In this document: in pieces, positions 21,312 through 25,818 of the stretch
Layout: each line of letters starts with the position of its first letter
Numbering within the stretch: the stretch's first letter is position 1
Assembly: GCF_006345805.1 (NCBI RefSeq)
Contig: NW_021836723.1
Coordinates: 1 to 25,818, forward strand
Source: Octopus sinensis
Taxonomy: Eukaryota
Length of the DNA: 25,818 nt
Reading direction: 5' to 3'
Made by a program: the position numbers and the translations under genes
Notes under the pieces: model-generated
Database searches by the model: none
Seen by the model: only the letters and a program-made list of their open reading frames with translations
Told to the model about the DNA's origin: nothing

Positions 21312-22806
21312 ACATTCGGAGAAAGAGATAGCTAGATACCTACGCACATACATACGTATAGACTTACATGTGTATGTCCATACGTTCATATATACATACG
21401 TACGTAGATACATACATGCATATACGCATACATACGTATGTGCACTTATGCATATTTACGTGCATACATGCAAAAATGCATACATACCTACATACAAATA
21501 TACATAGTTACATACATATATACACACACATATGGAGTAGATACGTATGCATATATACACACGTATGCATATACGTGTGTATATACATGTATAAAATGCA
21601 AGCAAACATATGTACACATGTGCATATTGCAAACATACATATATACCAACATACATATGTATGTACGACGTTGACGCAGTACATACTTTCATACATACAC
21701 ACACTCATACATACATACATACATACATACATACATACACACACTCATACATACATACATACGTACGTACGTACATACATACATACATACATACATACAA
21801 CATACATACATGCATACATGCATACATACATACATACATACATACATACATACAATACATACATACATACATACATACGTACGTACATACTACATAATAA
21901 CATCCATACATACATGCATACATCCTACATACATACTACATACTACATACACACCATACATACATACATACATACATACATCCATACATACGTACGTACT
22001 ACAACATACATACCTACATACTACATACATCCATACATACATACATAATACATACATACATACATACGTACGTACTTACAACATAATACTACATACATAC
22101 AAACATACTACATACATACATTTATACATACATATATTACATATCCTACATACATACATACAGTCATTCATACATACATACATGCATGTATTACATACAT
22201 ACGTACATATATGCATACATATATTACGTACATACATATATAGCCCGTACAAGCGTGCATACATAAAGTCATACTTCCATGCATAAACACATAATACACA
22301 CATACATGTTTATACACATTCTCTCTCTTTCACACACACACACACGAGCGCACAAACACACACACGAACGTATACATACATATTTACATATAAGCAAGAT
22401 TTACCTACGTGCATATGTGTGTGTGTCCGTGAGTTTATGTGTATGTATATATATATATATACGTGTGTGTGTATATGTATGTATGCATATATGTATATAA
22501 ACAAACTATATATATGTATATATATAATATATATATATACGTATGTATATATGTAATATATATACATACTTTGTAATATATATATAGATATAATATATAT
22601 ACATACGTGTGTATATATATACATACGTGTGTATATATGCATTTTTGCATGTATGCACGTAAATATGCATAAGTGCACATACGTATGTATGCGTATATGC
22701 ATGTATGTATCTATGTACGTATGTATATATGAACGTATGGACATACACATGTAAGTCTATACGTATGTATGTGCGTAGGTATCTAGCTATCTCTTTCTCC
22801 GAATGT
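21312..22806. repeat. Inverted repeat with 171 bp arms (21312-21482 and 22636-22806) around a 1153 bp TACA-rich spacer
   Basis: Arms match at 170/171 positions by eye. The ORF track shows the same peptide MCMSIRSYIHTY.DTYMHIRIHTYVHLCIFTCIHAKMH on opposite strands. Confidence 0.95.
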
Positions 22807-22979
22807 ATATATATATATATATATATTACGTATGAATGTTGACATAGTCAAAGACATACATACACGCATACATAAAACCGTGCACAAATGCATACATACA
22901 TACATACATTAGATAGAAATGTGTTGACTGATTCAATGGAAGCTTCCAGGAATCTACGAAAATACGACAAATCAATAAG

Positions 22980-22980
<1 letters not shown>

Positions 22981-23039
<59 letters not shown>
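22981..23039. repeat. Perfect (TG)n
   Basis: Seen directly. Confidence 0.98.
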
Positions 23040-23040
<1 letters not shown>

Positions 23041-23258
23041 ACTGTAAGGGCTGCCGCTTAAAATAGTGGTTTATGTAAAGGTTATGTTGTATTTAATGTG
23101 AACCGATCATATGATGTCGTGATATAGAACGAGAAAATGATATTACAGCGAGAGGAGAAAATGTAATTTAATCAATAAAGTTACGTTTTTGCCCTAAATA
23201 CAAGGCCTTTTATTCGTTTCTTTATTGCTTTTGTTGTTGTTTTTGTTGCTGCTTATTA

Positions 23259-23319
<61 letters not shown>

Positions 23320-23874
23320 GAGTGATAGAGCAGTGCATGTCATTCAGTGACACTGGGGTAAAATATACGAAGCCCAATATACCCATCATGACTACCCGTC
23401 TGATAAGGGTACACCAGGCACATGCATCACAACATATGTGCGCGACATGGTGATGCTCATATCAAGGTAACAGCGCATGACCTTTGCAGGTGGGCCCAGT
23501 TAGAATTGTTCTTCAGGTTGAGTAGCCCATCCCGCTCAAAAGGTCCCTGAATAAGGGTTGTTTTAAGGATGTTTGAAAGAACCCACCCATGTTTCCAGAG
23601 GTGAATTATCCAAACCCCAAAGAATCCTCTCAACACATGGCTATGATGCTCCCCACTACTTCTGCTCGTGCTCAGAGATGCACATATCGTCGGCCACTAA
23701 GGGACATGGTCAACTGGTTAGGTCAAACAACTGACAAGCAAATCTGTGGTATTGAGCAGGGATATTTGCTGTAGCCCATCTTTTAATACCCAGACAAACA
23801 ATGTACATGATAACACTTCCAATCAGTTAAGATCAGAAGCCACAAGAGCCACGCCTAGTACTGCATCAGGGCAG
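23320..23874 (-). mobile_element. 555 bp interspersed element embedded in an (ATT)n array; probably a retroelement 3' end or a non-autonomous element
   Basis: A complex, higher-GC segment is sharply bounded by (ATT)n at about 23253-23319 and 23875-23925. On the minus strand it ends ..ctctatcactc-(AAT)n. I recall it as a common octopus repeat; class and strand are inferred. Confidence 0.6.
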
Positions 23875-23892
23875 ATTATATTATTATTATTA

Positions 23893-23925
<33 letters not shown>

Positions 23926-24044
23926 TACTACTACTTTGGCAGAAGAAAAATTGTTATGTAATCGATTCATTAGAACTGTGGTTCACAAATGGCTTCGCTG
24001 TGACACAAGTGAAAGATGGTTTTTGTTTTAAAATATATATATAT

Positions 24045-24236
24045 ACGATCTAAGGCTCTTGAACATCTATACTAACTTGCAGCGGCCATGCAAATCCCAT
24101 GGCCTCTTCTGTGGTGGAACGTCAGCCATAAACATCTCTCCGCTCAATGATAATATCCTGCCATTTCCTTCATAATTCTTTCATTAATGTCTTCGAAACT
24201 TTGTCTATTCCCTTCAGTCATGTTTTCTCTTCAAGC
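24045..24236 (-). mobile_element. Possible decayed RTE-like LINE C-terminus
   Basis: One minus frame reads RLEEKT*LKGIDKVSKTLMKEL*RKWQDIIIERRDVYG*RSTTEEAMG. Reading the TGA stops as former TGG gives KTWLxGI..WR, resembling the RTE C-terminal pattern. The similarity is loose. Confidence 0.3.
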
Positions 24237-24469
24237 CTCTTTACTCTGTTACTCTTTTACTTGTTTCAGTCATTTGACTGCGGCCATGCTGGAGCACCGC
24301 CTTTAGTCGAGCAAAACGACCCCAGGACTTATTCTATGTAAGCCTAGTACTTATTTTATCGGTCTCTTTTGCCGAACCGCTATGTTACAGGGACGCAAAT
24401 ACACCAGCATCGGTTGTCAAGCGATGTTGGGGTGGGGAGACAAACACAGACACATAAAGTACACACACG

Positions 24470-24545
<76 letters not shown>

Positions 24546-24721
24546 CATATGCAATAACGACGGGTTTCTTTCAGTTTCCGTCTACCAAATCCACTCAAAA
24601 GGCTTTGGTCGGCCCGAGGCTATAGTAGAAGACACTTGCCCAAGGTGCCACGCAGTGGGACTGAACCCGGAACCATGTGGTTGGTAAGCAAGCTGCTTAC
24701 CGCACAGCCACTCCTGTGCCT
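24237..24721 (-). mobile_element. Full-length SINE family 1 (~485 bp) with internal (CA)n(TA)n microsatellite
   Basis: Minus strand: head AGGCACAGGAGTGGCTGTGCGGTAAG..GGTTCCGGGTTCAGTCCC with A and B boxes; central CCTTGGGCAAG motif; microsatellite at about 24460-24550; 3' tail of short (AAGAGTA-like) repeats. Confidence 0.9.
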
Positions 24722-25126
24722 GTCTTTTTTTTTTTAATTGTGTTTTGTGCAAAATACTCTTACCTATCCTCATCGTTCACATTTTGTCTTCTTTCTTGAT
24801 TAACAATTCTCATTATTTTCCCTTAACTCCACTTTCTTTATTCGTCATGCAACACCTTCAAGTTCTATTCCTTGCATTAATTTCATGCCTCTCCTCTCGA
24901 GTTAATGCTTCCCATCGTTCCAAATTCTCATTTATTCTCATTTCTTATTTCTTGTCTTTGCCCTTTCTTCAGTTTTTCTCTGTATATTCTCTGCTTGTCT
25001 CGATTCAGTTCTCGCTGGCGTGCTCTATCATCATTGTAAGCTGTAACACACCGAGGTCTGTTTCAGGAATGAAATGATTTAACAACAATTGATATTATAT
25101 AGTTCCTAACAACGTATCTAGGATAT

Positions 25127-25497
25127 GTGGAGGCGCAATGGCCCATTGGTTAGGGCAGCGGACTCGCGGTCATAGGATCGCGGTTTCGATTCCCAGACCG
25201 GGCGTTGTGAGTATTTATTGAGCTCCACGAGGCTCCGGCGGGGATGGGGTGATCTCTACTGTACTCTTTCACCACAACTCTCTCTCACTCTTACTCCTGT
25301 CTGTTTGTACCTGTATTTCAAAAGGGCCGGCCTTGTCACTCTCTGTGTCACGCTGAATATCCCCGAGAACTACGTTAAGGGTACACGTGTCTGTGGAGTG
25401 CTCAGCCACTTACACGTTAATTTCACGAGCAGGCTGTTCCGTTGATTCGGATCAACCGGAACCCTCGTCGTCGTAACCGACGGAGTGCTTCCATCCC
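25127..25497 (+). mobile_element. Full-length SINE family 2 (~370 bp) with target-site duplication
   Basis: tRNA-like head GGAGGCGCAATGGCCCATTGGTTAGGGCAGCGGACTCGCGGTCATAGGATCGCGGTTTCGATTCCCAGACC; tail (CCATC)n; ATCTAGGATAT repeated at 25116-25126 and 25498-25508. Confidence 0.9.
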
Positions 25498-25818
25498 ATC
25501 TAGGATATTCTGTTCCGCATATTTTACGGAGAAAGTAGCCCAGTTATTAGTCTAATAGACAGTAGGTAAAACTCCTTATTCGCGATATACCGTTACAAAA
25601 TCTTTACGAATGACGTAACGGACACGATTATTAATTAATTCTTTTATTAGCCACGAGGGCTCACATACAATAACATTAAAAGACATGCAACATCATATGG
25701 ACCTTATTATTCTTGCTTTTCAGCCAGAGTTCTGTAAGGCCGGTAGCCTTTAGTTAGGGGTGCTTGCTAAGGTAATCTACGGTTACTTTATTACTCTGGT
25801 GGATGGAGTTAGCTATTT

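Noticed and set aside
25129-25203. tRNA gene (also the heads at 24650-24721 and 2156-2224)
   Set aside because: A and B boxes are present, but the anticodon and acceptor stems do not pair, and each head continues into a SINE body.

Overview
AT-rich, repeat-saturated animal genomic DNA, intronic or intergenic. The SINE families look like those of Octopus (recognised from memory, not searched). Almost all long ORFs in the track are translations of microsatellites or satellite. Contents: (i) several tRNA-headed SINEs of two families, one of which carries an internal microsatellite; (ii) Penelope-like element (PLE) remnants: a GIY-YIG endonuclease in partial tandem (3170-3947), an RT fragment fused to its terminal repeat (8770-9080), three copies of a terminal repeat with a minimal hammerhead motif, and a second element with a complete type I hammerhead ribozyme fold (9133-9183, minus); the hammerhead-bearing repeats all abut (TA)n arrays; (iii) a HERO-type restriction-like-endonuclease LINE remnant split by a ~480 bp insert; (iv) a ~6.1 kb satellite of alternating 44 bp monomers containing a ~2.6 kb higher-order duplication; (v) two long near-perfect inverted repeats, a 279 bp tandem duplication, and a 555 bp element inside an (ATT)n array; (vi) one GC3-rich 108 bp candidate exon on the minus strand. 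No intact gene, tRNA, rRNA or CRISPR array is supported.
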